From Clostridiales bacterium (GTDB lineage: Bacteria > Bacillota > Clostridia > Saccharofermentanales > DTU023), in assembly GCA_028724525.1 (NCBI GenBank), contig JAQYCV010000014.1, positions 11,164-75,163 of the forward strand: a stretch of 64,000 nt of DNA. The letters run 5' to 3'. Numbering within the stretch: position 1 is the stretch's first letter; each line of letters opens with the position of its first letter. The notes beneath the pieces are model-generated. The model had not been told where the DNA came from and ran no database searches. It was given only the letters and a program-made list of their open reading frames with translations. Below are positions 51,696-60,589 of this stretch, in pieces. Made by a program: the position numbers and the translations under genes.

Positions 51696-51938
51696 ATGAA
51701 GTTGGGGTATCATGGCTGGGTCTGGGTTGTTAGGGGCGTTGGACTCCTAGGAGGAGTATTCTTTCTAAGGTGGAGGCTACATGATGATGCGATTTCTTTC
51801 ATAATAGGTGTCATAATCTGGCTGATAGCATTTGTTATTGCTGGCGTGAAACTTATATGTCCCCATTGCGGAAAGAGAATTCCAGAACGATTGAACATGC
51901 GGATAGATTGTTGTCCCCACTGTGGCAAACGCCTATAA
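51696..51938 (+). CDS. Small membrane protein with C-terminal zinc-ribbon (CPHCGKR x2)
   Basis: 80 aa from ATG 51696 (GGAAGGAGATATT upstream) with two hydrophobic segments, then CPHCGKRIPERLNMRIDCCPHCGKRL. It lies in a locally AT-richer stretch. Confidence 0.5.
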   Translation: MKLGYHGWVWVVRGVGLLGGVFFLRWRLHDDAISFIIGVIIWLIAFVIAGVKLICPHCGKRIPERLNMRIDCCPHCGKRL

Positions 51939-51950
51939 GGAGAAGCCTCT

Positions 51951-53078
51951 ATGACCTGTCCCATCTACAAGAAATGTGGCGCCTGCTACTATCCCCACCA
52001 GGATTACCAGGCTTCCCTGGACGATAAAAAACGCCAGCTGGAAAAGCTCTTGGGCCTGCAAGTGAGGGCCATGCATCCCTCACCCGAACCCTACCACTAC
52101 CGCAACAAGGTTCACGCCGCCTTCTCCTATGACCGGGGCAGGGGCCTCATGGGCAAGTTTGCCCAAAATACCCCTCGGGTCCTGGAGGTGGACGATTGCC
52201 TTATTGAAAACAAACAGGCCCAGGCGATCAACCACAGTGTCAAGAAACTGGCCCAAGATTTCGCCTGGCCCTTTTATGACGTGCGCACAGGCCAAGGCCT
52301 CTTAAAATCCTCCCTGGTCCGGGTAGCGGAGGGAACTGGGCAGATCCTGGTCACCCTGGTAGTGACCCAAAAGCAAGTCCCTTCTAAACAAAACTTTATC
52401 AAGGCCCTCCGCAAGCGCCACCCGGAAATCACCGGCCTGGTTTTCAACTATAATCCCTTGGATACCCCCTTTATCTTGGGCGACCAAGAGTTTAAGGGCT
52501 TTGGCCCTGGCTATATTGTGGACGAACTACTCGGCCACAGCTTTCGCATCTCCTCCCAGTCCTTCTACCAGGTTAATAAGGGGATCTGCGAACTGCTCTA
52601 CCAACGGGCCCTAGAGCTCGCAGCACCCGAGGGCCAAGAAGTCCTGGTAGATGCTTATTCCGGCATCGGGACCATCAGCCTCTACTTCGCCCCCCAGGTA
52701 AAGCAGGTCTACGGCGTGGAAAATAACCGCCAGGCCGTCAAGGATGCCATCGCCAACGCCAAGTACAATCAAATTGGGAACGCCTTTTTCCTCTGCGAAG
52801 ATACCGGCGCTTATTTGGAAGGCCTGGTCCAGGCCGGCGACCAGCCCGACATTCTCGTTCTAGATCCCGCCCGGTCCGGCCTCGACCCCCGCGCCCTACG
52901 CGCCGTCAGAGCCCTTGAAGTCCCCAAACTCCTTTACATCTCCTGCAACCCGGAGGCCCTTGCCACCGAGCTTCCCCAGCTCCGCAAAAGCTACCGCCTG
53001 CAAACAATCGAAGCCTTCGACATGTTCCCCTGGACCGAGCACGTCGAGACAGTCGTTTTGATGTCAAGAAAAGGCTGA
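51951..53078 (+). CDS. rlmD: 23S rRNA (uracil-C5)-methyltransferase, RumA/RlmD (TrmA) family
   Basis: N-terminal Fe-S cysteines CPIYKKCGACYY, SAM-binding DAYSGIGTISLYFA, catalytic region LLYISCNPEA and C-terminal FDMFPWTEHVETVVLMSRKG. Confidence 0.85.
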   Translation: MTCPIYKKCGACYYPHQDYQASLDDKKRQLEKLLGLQVRAMHPSPEPYHYRNKVHAAFSYDRGRGLMGKFAQNTPRVLEVDDCLIENKQAQAINHSVKKLAQDFAWPFYDVRTGQGLLKSSLVRVAEGTGQILVTLVVTQKQVPSKQNFIKALRKRHPEITGLVFNYNPLDTPFILGDQEFKGFGPGYIVDELLGHSFRISSQSFYQVNKGICELLYQRALELAAPEGQEVLVDAYSGIGTISLYFAPQVKQVYGVENNRQAVKDAIANAKYNQIGNAFFLCEDTGAYLEGLVQAGDQPDILVLDPARSGLDPRALRAVRALEVPKLLYISCNPEALATELPQLRKSYRLQTIEAFDMFPWTEHVETVVLMSRKG

Positions 53079-53320
53079 AAGACGCTGATATCAAAGGTTT
53101 TGCTGGTTTTTTTAAAGCTATTAAAACAAGTACTTGGAAAGAAATCAAAGAAGGAAAAACCATAGTTGAGTGTGCTCGTTAGATAAAGGGTGTTTTTCCA
53201 TTCTTGAGGCTGTAGGTTAGATGTTTTATTGCTGCTGAGACGGTGGGATGGATGTTTTTCGGGGTTGTGGCTGTGAGATAGATGTTATGGTTGTGGAAAA
53301 TATGAATTTATGAGGACAAA

Positions 53321-53869
53321 ATGACTGTACAGAGAACAAAGATAGAGATTATAGAAAACCTGAATGGTTCCATCCTTGATATCGGCGGTGGCGGCGAAGG
53401 TGTAATCGGGCAGATTTATGGAAAAAAAGTCATCGCAATAGATAATCGTCAGGAAGAATTGGATGAGGCACCGGATTGCTGTCAAAAGGAACTTATGGAT
53501 GCAACGGAACTTTTGTTTCCGGACGAGTCATTTGATCAAGTAACCTTCTTTTACTCGTTGATGTATATGACAGAAGAAATCCAACATCGTGCAATTTGCG
53601 AAGCCGCACGTGTCCTTAAGGTGAACGGATCGATAAACATTTGGGATTGTGATATACATGCTGCTTATCCGAAGCCTTTTGTTGTTGATCTGGATATCCG
53701 ATCCGGAAATAAATCGATTCACACGTCTTATGGAATAGTAAAAAAGGATAAGCAATCTTCTGATTCAATTACTCAAGCTCTGAAACGAGCTGGACTTAAA
53801 CTTGTTTTTTTGCGTGAGGAAGATGGGCACTTCCATATTCAGTGCGCAAAAGAAGAGGTCAATTCCTAG
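53321..53869 (+). CDS. Class I SAM-dependent methyltransferase (small-molecule type)
   Basis: 182 aa with SAM motif I ILDIGGGGEGVIG, an acidic residue after beta-2 (AIDNRQEE) and LKVNGSINIW. No DNA-methyltransferase motifs (DPPY/NPPY or PCQ) were seen. Confidence 0.7.
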   Translation: MTVQRTKIEIIENLNGSILDIGGGGEGVIGQIYGKKVIAIDNRQEELDEAPDCCQKELMDATELLFPDESFDQVTFFYSLMYMTEEIQHRAICEAARVLKVNGSINIWDCDIHAAYPKPFVVDLDIRSGNKSIHTSYGIVKKDKQSSDSITQALKRAGLKLVFLREEDGHFHIQCAKEEVNS

Positions 53870-53919
53870 TGTGTAGCACAATCGGTAAATAACCAAGCAA
53901 AAGTCCGAAAATTTGGCTG

Positions 53920-55482
53920 CTATCTATTAATCCTCACACAAGTACCCGTCTTGAAGGTCACCTCGATTGTTTCGTCGAGTACCAGTATTTTATCTACAAA
54001 CTGTCTGACCAGTTTGTCTTCAAATTCTAAAGTCTCTACGTCCTGGGTTTGGATAAACTGCTCAATAGATTGTAGATTTTTCTTATGATTTTCTTTGCCG
54101 GCTTCTTCTTGAAGAACTCTTTCTTTCTCATCTTTTAGGGCGTAAATCTTTTCTGCCAAATCGTTGTACTCTTCTTTTGAGGAAGTGCGGGCGATAAGTT
54201 GAAGTTGAAGCTGATCCAACTCTTCCTCGATATCGAACAGGGAGCGACTGTTTTTTGCCCCCATGCCTTCTTCAATTGCTAGCATCAAACGGTTCAAGAA
54301 TTCTTTCTTATCGGTAAGCATTTTCTTGAAGGCGGTCATGGTTGTGAGAATAAGATCATCTTCAGGAAGAGTCCTTGCGGTGCACTTAGTACCTCTATTT
54401 TCCAGCCGACTGACGCATCGCCAGACAATTGACTTTTTGCCTCGGTTGTTCCAATGAACCCGGCGAAAGATATCACCACAGTTTCCACAGACTACAATAT
54501 TAGAAAAGCAATTGTTGGAGCTGTAGCTTCTTTTCACGCCGTTTTTACCTCGTTTTCCGCTTTGCCTTCGGAGCATTTCTTCCTGTACAGCATAAAAAAT
54601 ATTTTTGGGGATGATCGCTTCGTGATGATCTTCTACATAGTATTGGGGCACTTCACCTGTATTCTTAACTCTGTGTTTACTTAAAAAATCTACAGTGTAG
54701 GTTTTTTGTAAGAGGGCATCGCCTATGTATTTTTCATTTTGCAGGATTTTTCGAATGGTTGTATCATACCATTTTGTCTTTCCAGCACCCGTTAAAATGC
54801 CATCTTTTTCTAAGTTTTTAGCAATCGCATAGGGGGACTGTCCTTCCAAATACTCCCGATAAATACGGCGGATAATTTCTGCTTCTTCAGGAATGATGAT
54901 GAGTCCTCCTTCTTCGTCTTTTCCATAACCCAAAAAACGATTATGGTTCACGAGGACTTTTCCTTGTTGGTAGCGGTATTGGAGCCCTAGTTTGACATTT
55001 TGTGAAAGGGACTGACTTTCCTGCTGAGCTAGGGAAGCCATGATAGTCAGAAGGACTTCTCCCTTAGAGTCCATGGTGTTAATAGACTCTTTCTCGAAAT
55101 AGACGGGAATGTTCTTCTCCTTAAGCTTTCGGATGTAGCGAAGGCAGTCTAATGTGTTTCGGGCAAAGCGGGAGATGGATTTAGTAATGATGAAATCGAT
55201 TTTTCCATCCATCGCATCCTCAATCATCCGTAGAAATTCCAGACGTTCTTTTGTACGGGTGCCGGATATTCCATCGTCGGCATAAATCCCGGCAAGAGTC
55301 CATCCTTCATGGTCGTTAATGTAGTCAGTATAGTGATTTATCTGTGCATCGTAGCTTAGGTTTTGTTCTTCCGTCTCCGTAGAGACACGACAGTAGGCTG
55401 CCACTCGGAGCTTTTCTTTTTCTCTGGATGAGTGATGCCTCTGTGGTTTTGCAGGTATGATCATCACGTTATTCTTTTTCAT
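53920..55482 (-). CDS. Large serine recombinase (resolvase/invertase N-domain, recombinase domain, zinc ribbon, coiled coil)
   Basis: 520 aa. The catalytic N-terminus reads [22 protein letters not shown] (nucleophile Ser in RVST), followed by [11 protein letters not shown], a cysteine cluster CGNCGDIF...WRC...C and a C-terminal coiled-coil-like segment. Confidence 0.9.
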   Translation of the reverse strand: MKKNNVMIIPAKPQRHHSSREKEKLRVAAYCRVSTETEEQNLSYDAQINHYTDYINDHEGWTLAGIYADDGISGTRTKERLEFLRMIEDAMDGKIDFIITKSISRFARNTLDCLRYIRKLKEKNIPVYFEKESINTMDSKGEVLLTIMASLAQQESQSLSQNVKLGLQYRYQQGKVLVNHNRFLGYGKDEEGGLIIIPEEAEIIRRIYREYLEGQSPYAIAKNLEKDGILTGAGKTKWYDTTIRKILQNEKYIGDALLQKTYTVDFLSKHRVKNTGEVPQYYVEDHHEAIIPKNIFYAVQEEMLRRQSGKRGKNGVKRSYSSNNCFSNIVVCGNCGDIFRRVHWNNRGKKSIVWRCVSRLENRGTKCTARTLPEDDLILTTMTAFKKMLTDKKEFLNRLMLAIEEGMGAKNSRSLFDIEEELDQLQLQLIARTSSKEEYNDLAEKIYALKDEKERVLQEEAGKENHKKNLQSIEQFIQTQDVETLEFEDKLVRQFVDKILVLDETIEVTFKTGTCVRINR

Positions 55483-55872
55483 GTACTACCTCTAATTAAA
55501 AATATCAAACAAATAGATTTAAACGCAGGACAACCGAAGATTTTGGAATATCTTTTGGAAAATGACGGGGCAAAACCTGTGGAAATAGCAAAAGGATGTT
55601 TCTTGGATAAATCAACGGTAACAGGATTAATTTCAAGAATGGAAAAATCCGGATTGATATCAAAATGCGACCATGGAAAAGATAAAAGATGTAACAAGAT
55701 TTTCTTGACCGATGAGGGAAAAGAAAAAGCATATCGTGTAAAAGAATTATGTTACGAAGTTGATGATAAAGCACTTAAAGGATTTACAAAAGAAGAGACA
55801 GAATATTTTTTGGATACGGTGAACAGAGTTATTAATAATTTGATGGAAGATCAGGAATTGGAAGGAGAATAG
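55483..55872 (+). pseudogene. MarR-family regulator, apparently 5'-truncated at the recombinase junction
   Basis: Winged-helix core DLNAGQPKILEYLLENDGAKPVEIAKGCFLDKSTVTGLISRMEKSGLISKCDHGKDKRCNKIFLTDEGK is intact. There is no ATG/GTG/TTG in frame between 55483 and that core. The only upstream start (55432) is encoded antisense to the first 17 codons of the recombinase and gives a non-MarR-like N-terminus ([17 protein letters not shown]). Confidence 0.5.
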
Positions 55873-56118
55873 ATGGAAGGACTTATTAAAACATACGAAT
55901 CGGATGAAATAATTGTTTTTTGGGAACCTGACAAGTGTCAGCATTCAGGAAACTGCGTTAAAGGATCAAAGACGTTTGATACTGAAAGAAGACCTTGGAT
56001 AAATCTTAAGGAAGACAGTTTCGAAAATATAATAAATACCATAGACAAGTGTCCTTCGGGTGCTTTAAGATACATCAGAAAACAATTAAGAGAAAGAGGA
56101 AACGAAGTAAAAAAGTAA
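55873..56118 (+). CDS. Divergent 4Fe-4S mono-cluster (Fer4_19-like) small protein
   Basis: 81 aa. IIVFWEPDKCQHSGNCVKG...RRPWINL...IDKCPSGALRYI is the pattern I associate with the PF06902-type domain. The ATG directly abuts the MarR stop. Confidence 0.6.
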   Translation: MEGLIKTYESDEIIVFWEPDKCQHSGNCVKGSKTFDTERRPWINLKEDSFENIINTIDKCPSGALRYIRKQLRERGNEVKK

Positions 56119-56154
56119 AAACAAAATATTGAATCGAATTGTTGAGGTGAAGAA

Positions 56155-57453
56155 ATGAAGGTTTTTGACTATATCGGATTGAAAAATGCTTTGGAATCGG
56201 ATAATTTTATTATAGAACTTGAAAACTCGGTAAGTGTACCGTCGGGATTTACCCTAAAAAGAGGTAAAAAGCTTTTAGGAAACGGAGAGGACATTTTCCT
56301 CAGTATTATTAACGGAGACGGAATTGCTCTAAAGGGCAATAATGAGATAAAAGATATAAGCATACAGGTTTCTCCTGTTAACAGAGCGATTTATTTAGAT
56401 TCTGAAGAGGAAGACTTAGGGAATGTAGTTTTTTCAAACCTTACGGTTACAGGAGCCGTTCAGCTTATTACAAGAGGAAATTCAAAAAAACTTGATGTAT
56501 TAATAGATTCTCTCGATATTTTTTCAGCCGATGTAAGAAAGTATTCCGAAAGACCGATGAAATACGGTGTTAATGTATATCAGGGAGCGTTAACTATTTA
56601 CAATTTTACTCCCGATAATGACAGTTTAATAAACGTAGTTGCAAATGATGTTCAAGTCGGAAGAAAAAATGCACCGGTAATAGGAAGCGGAGTATTTATT
56701 TCCGGATTCGGAGATGAAGGCGGAAAAGTAAACATAGAGAAACTGACAACAAAGGATGTTTATTCAAACGGAATGATTCCTCAAGGTCAGCCGAATCTTA
56801 TTACGGGCGGAATTTTTATAGTGTACGGTGCCCACGCAAAAGAAGTTGTATCTAAAGGTAAAGTCGTAACTTACGGTAATAATGATATGGTTTTAGATGT
56901 TTGGGGATCCGTGGATAAATGGATTACGGAAGAAGAAATTGAAAGTTTCGGGCAAAGCGGCATAGGGTTTGTAAATTTCGGATATGTTAAAGAATTCAAA
57001 GCTGAAAAAGGAATACATACTCACGGTGCAGGTGCAAGAGGATTTAACCAATATGACGGAACCATTGAGGATGCATATTTCGAATATATAAGGACAGACG
57101 GAAACGGATCTATAGGAATGCAGTTTTCAAAACCGGTTGGCAGCATAACCATAAAGAAAGACGTGACAACAAAAGGTTCAATAGGCAAAACACTTGTAAA
57201 AGGTGTGATTATGGATCTTAAAGCCGATGCAATAAGCGTATTGTCGGGAGGAAGTATAGAAAGATTAAATGTTGAAGGAAATCTTAACATAAAAGGTGAC
57301 GGTGTGGTCGCATACCATGTTAACGAAGGCAAAGTTAAGGAATTTATATTAAACGGAGAAATTATTTCCGAAGGTAAAAATTCTATTGATGTTTTAATTG
57401 AAAATAACGGCGAGACAGATACAAATTACATAGAAAAATATTTGAATGAATAA
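56155..57453 (+). CDS. Hypothetical protein, repetitive beta-strand-rich (possibly beta-helix), no signal peptide
   Basis: 432-aa ORF with a good RBS (GAGGTGAAGAA). Short G/N/V-rich segments recur (GNGEDIF, GNNEIK, GDEGGKV, GNNDMV, GNGSIG, GDGVV). I recognise no catalytic motif. Confidence 0.6.
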   Translation: MKVFDYIGLKNALESDNFIIELENSVSVPSGFTLKRGKKLLGNGEDIFLSIINGDGIALKGNNEIKDISIQVSPVNRAIYLDSEEEDLGNVVFSNLTVTGAVQLITRGNSKKLDVLIDSLDIFSADVRKYSERPMKYGVNVYQGALTIYNFTPDNDSLINVVANDVQVGRKNAPVIGSGVFISGFGDEGGKVNIEKLTTKDVYSNGMIPQGQPNLITGGIFIVYGAHAKEVVSKGKVVTYGNNDMVLDVWGSVDKWITEEEIESFGQSGIGFVNFGYVKEFKAEKGIHTHGAGARGFNQYDGTIEDAYFEYIRTDGNGSIGMQFSKPVGSITIKKDVTTKGSIGKTLVKGVIMDLKADAISVLSGGSIERLNVEGNLNIKGDGVVAYHVNEGKVKEFILNGEIISEGKNSIDVLIENNGETDTNYIEKYLNE

Positions 57454-57466
57454 GGAGTTGGAGAAG

Positions 57467-58318
57467 ATGGAAAGAAAAATCAAAACACAAGTTAACGGAT
57501 ACAGAACGGTAGACGGAGCAGGAGTAAGTCTTGTAAGAGTTTTAGGTAACGGGACAATAAAGGAATTTGATCCCATTTTGATGTTGGACTCGTTTGACAG
57601 TGTAAACCCGGATGACTATACTGCAGGATTTCCTATGCATCCTCACAGGGGAATAGAAACCGTAAGTTATCTGTACCGCGGAAAAATGAAACATAAAGAT
57701 ACACTTGGAAATGAAGATACAATTACTGACGGAGAAGTTCAATGGATGAATTCGGGTTCCGGTATACTCCATGAAGAACAGGTACCGGCAGCAGAAAGAC
57801 TTTTAGGTGTTCAGTTGTGGTTGAACCTTCCTCAGAAAGAAAAAATGAGCAAACCGACATACCGTGCAATCAGAAAAAATGATATTGAAGAAATACCTTT
57901 TGACGGAGGATATTTAAGACTTCTTTCCGGTGAATATAAGGATCATAAAGGGCATAGCGGAGAACACTTACCTTTAAACTACTATGATGTTCATCTGGAA
58001 CCGAATGAAGAGCTTGTAATAGATACACTTCCCGAGGATTCGGTTATGGCGTTCACACTTTTAGAAGATGCAATAATGGGCGGAGAGAAAGTTAGAGAAA
58101 AGACTGCCGTTAAATTAACCGACGGAGATACTCTGATTCTTAAAGGGTCCGAAAAAGGATCTCAAATCCTTGTAATGATATCAAAAAAACTCGATGAACT
58201 CGTAGCTTGGGCAGGACCCATAGTAATGAATACGAGGGAAGAACTTAATCAGGCTTTCTACGAACTGAGAACGGGTGAGTTTATAAAAGATAAACTTGAT
58301 TTTAAAACCGAACACTAA
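57467..58318 (+). CDS. Pirin family protein
   Basis: Cupin metal motif GFPMHPHRGIETVSYLYRG and EVQWMNSGSGILHEE. Start moved to ATG 57467 behind AAGGAG. Confidence 0.85.
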   Translation: MERKIKTQVNGYRTVDGAGVSLVRVLGNGTIKEFDPILMLDSFDSVNPDDYTAGFPMHPHRGIETVSYLYRGKMKHKDTLGNEDTITDGEVQWMNSGSGILHEEQVPAAERLLGVQLWLNLPQKEKMSKPTYRAIRKNDIEEIPFDGGYLRLLSGEYKDHKGHSGEHLPLNYYDVHLEPNEELVIDTLPEDSVMAFTLLEDAIMGGEKVREKTAVKLTDGDTLILKGSEKGSQILVMISKKLDELVAWAGPIVMNTREELNQAFYELRTGEFIKDKLDFKTEH

Positions 58319-58429
58319 AAAATATATTTAAGAACTCGGGTAAGTTGAAAAACGGGTTAACATAAAAAATAGAAAAGAAACAGAAAGAAAAAAGGATTTT
58401 TTTAATATAAAGAAGTTAAGGAGGAGATC

Positions 58430-58702
58430 ATGGTAGATATCGTATTTCAAAGAGATAAGCACAGAGCGGTAGCTTTGAACGAAGGAAACCGGATTGGAGA
58501 ATGCACATTCTCGGATACGGGGAAAGTATGGATAATAGACCATACCGAAGTTAGCAGTGAGTATTCAGGGCAGGGAATTGCAAGAAGACTTGTAGATACT
58601 ATTGTTTATGAGGCAAGAAAAGAAGGAATAAAACTTGCCGCAACTTGTCCGTATGCTTTGAAGGTTTTTAAGGAAGATAAATATAAAGATATATTGGTAT
58701 AA
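58430..58702 (+). CDS. Small GNAT-like N-acetyltransferase (YjdJ/PF14542 type)
   Basis: 90 aa. WIIDHTEVSSEYSGQGIARRLVDTIVYEARKEGIKLAATCPYA matches the short GNAT family pattern. RBS AAGGAGGAG. Confidence 0.7.
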   Translation: MVDIVFQRDKHRAVALNEGNRIGECTFSDTGKVWIIDHTEVSSEYSGQGIARRLVDTIVYEARKEGIKLAATCPYALKVFKEDKYKDILV

Positions 58703-58716
58703 GCGAGAAGTAATTT

Positions 58717-59250
58717 ATGAAAATAGGGTTGATAGTAGGTTCATTAAGAAAAGATTCATGGAACAGAAAAGTTGCCGAAGAAGTTAAAAAGTTGTTTCCG
58801 GAAGATGTAGAAGCAAAATTCATAGAAATCAAAGATTTACCATTGTATAACATGGATATTGATACCCCTGACGAAACGGAAAGTTATAAAGTTTTCAGAG
58901 AAAATTTAAGAGATTGCGATGGTTTCATATTCTTTACACCGGAGTATAACAGGTCAATGCCTGCTGCAGTAAAAAATGCTCTGGATGTAGGATCAAGAGA
59001 TCCTAAGGGTAATCCTTGGGCAGGAAAGAGAGCTGCCGTATTCTCATCTTCACCCGGAGGTTTCGGCGGTATGGCTGCAAACCATGCATTAAGACAAGTA
59101 TTCGTATTTTTGGACATAATTCCGATACAGCAACCCGAAGTGTATCTTTCAAAAGTTGATACTTTATTTGAAGGAGAATCTTTAAAAGAAGGTACAAGAG
59201 AATTCCTAAGATGTGCTGTAATGACTCTTGTGAACAGTATTAAAAAATAG
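58717..59250 (+). CDS. NAD(P)H-dependent FMN reductase family oxidoreductase
   Basis: MKIGLIVGSLRKDSWNRKVA and FFTPEYNRSMPAAVKNALD, typical of ChrR/YieF-type flavin reductases. Confidence 0.8.
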   Translation: MKIGLIVGSLRKDSWNRKVAEEVKKLFPEDVEAKFIEIKDLPLYNMDIDTPDETESYKVFRENLRDCDGFIFFTPEYNRSMPAAVKNALDVGSRDPKGNPWAGKRAAVFSSSPGGFGGMAANHALRQVFVFLDIIPIQQPEVYLSKVDTLFEGESLKEGTREFLRCAVMTLVNSIKK

Positions 59251-59376
59251 CGATTTATAACAATTTGCGAATAATTTTAAAATAAAATTTTCGAAAAATT
59301 TAAAGAGATATAAACAGATATTATCATTAAAAGCTGAGACATTTTGTTTCGGCTTTTATTGTGCGAAGAATCACAA

Positions 59377-59467
59377 AATCGTAACGCTACGATTAAAAGC
59401 AATAACGCTCCGAAAATCGTTAAAATGCTCCGATATTATTGACAACGCTCCGATTTTATGACATTAT
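59377..59467 (+). promoter_or_regulatory. Promoter of the ATPase/protease operon overlaid by four direct repeats (operator-like array)
   Basis: AACGCTACGA (59383), AACGCTCCGA (59404), AATGCTCCGA (59424) and AACGCTCCGA (59444) are spaced 21/20/20 bp apart. The first sits inside the perfect palindrome AATCGTA-ACGC-TACGATT (59377-59394). TTGACA lies at 59439-59444, followed by a 17-bp spacer and TGaCATTAT (59459-59467). Confidence 0.55.
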
Positions 59468-59491
59468 CACCTCGGCCGAAAGGAGGCCTCT

Positions 59492-60589
59492 ATGTACTAT
59501 ACTGAGATTACCAAAATCATAGAAGCCGGCTTGAGAAAAGATCCAACGAAAGTGGCAAGCTATTCACGTCTTCTTGCAAAAAAGTTAAGCGGCGATGGAG
59601 AAGAGCGTGCGAGCAGCAGAATTTTATCCGTACTGGAAAAGATGGGAAATGGCCATACTGCTATGGATGCATTGACAGCCATGCCGGTGGATCAGGAAAG
59701 CCGACTTGATATTGCAGATATTGATTACGCCCCCGGTGTCGATAATCTAATTTTAAGTGACTCTGCACAGAACATGCTAAATGATTTCAGAGATACAATC
59801 CAAAATAAAAGCAAGATGATATCTCTTGGACTTGAGTTTCGTAGCACTCTATTGCTATATGGTCCTCCGGGATGTGGAAAAACGAGTGCGGCAAAGTATC
59901 TTGCCGCGGAACTAAAATTGCCGCTCGTTACTGCGAGATTCGATACTCTAATATCTTCTCTTTTAGGAAATACTGCGAAGAACATACACCGTATTTTTGA
60001 TTTTGCGAAAAAACAACCCTGCATTTTATTTCTTGATGAATTTGATGCTATTGCAAAGGCAAGGGATGATGCTCATGAACTTGGTGAACTAAAGAGAGTT
60101 GTTAATAGCCTGCTTCAAAATATTGACGACTTTTCGCAGGATGGTATTTTGATTGCTGCTACAAATCACGCTCAAATGTTAGATTCCGCTGTTTGGAGAA
60201 GATTTCAGGCTGTTATTGAACTTCCTAAACCTGGAAATGTAGAGATACGTAAATTTATAGATCAGTTCCCTAAGGTCGCCGATGAAAGTGGCATCAATGA
60301 ACCACAATGGAGAACTATTACGGACTCCATGGAAAATCTGGCGTATTCAGATATAAAAGATATTGTTCAAAATGTATTAAAAAAAGCTGTTCTTAAAGAT
60401 AAAACAGAGATTGAATGTGCTGATTATCTGGTTGAAGTTTTTCTTTTTAAGAGGCACGGGAATTATAATCAGGAGGAAGCGGTTAAGTTTTTATATGACA
60501 ACGGTGTTGCACAAAAGCAGATCGCAAGATATTACTCCATATCCGAAAGACAAGTTAGAAATTTTCTGGGGAAGGGAGTGAATAAATAA
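59492..60589 (+). CDS. AAA+ ATPase (classical clade) with C-terminal HTH-like tail; IetA-like
   Basis: Walker A LLLYGPPGCGKTSAAK, Walker B CILFLDEFDAI, sensor-1 LIAATNH and Arg-finger region AVWRRF. The C-terminal GVAQKQIARYYSISERQVRNFL looks like a helix-turn-helix. RBS GAAAGGAGG. Confidence 0.85.
   Translation: MYYTEITKIIEAGLRKDPTKVASYSRLLAKKLSGDGEERASSRILSVLEKMGNGHTAMDALTAMPVDQESRLDIADIDYAPGVDNLILSDSAQNMLNDFRDTIQNKSKMISLGLEFRSTLLLYGPPGCGKTSAAKYLAAELKLPLVTARFDTLISSLLGNTAKNIHRIFDFAKKQPCILFLDEFDAIAKARDDAHELGELKRVVNSLLQNIDDFSQDGILIAATNHAQMLDSAVWRRFQAVIELPKPGNVEIRKFIDQFPKVADESGINEPQWRTITDSMENLAYSDIKDIVQNVLKKAVLKDKTEIECADYLVEVFLFKRHGNYNQEEAVKFLYDNGVAQKQIARYYSISERQVRNFLGKGVNK

Noticed and set aside
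53321-53869. Island methyltransferase as an orphan DNA methyltransferase or part of a restriction-modification system.
   Set aside because: At 182 aa it has only a Methyltransf_11/25-like SAM fold and no DPPY/NPPY or PCQ catalytic motifs. There is no adjacent nuclease. It is more likely a small-molecule or RNA methyltransferase.
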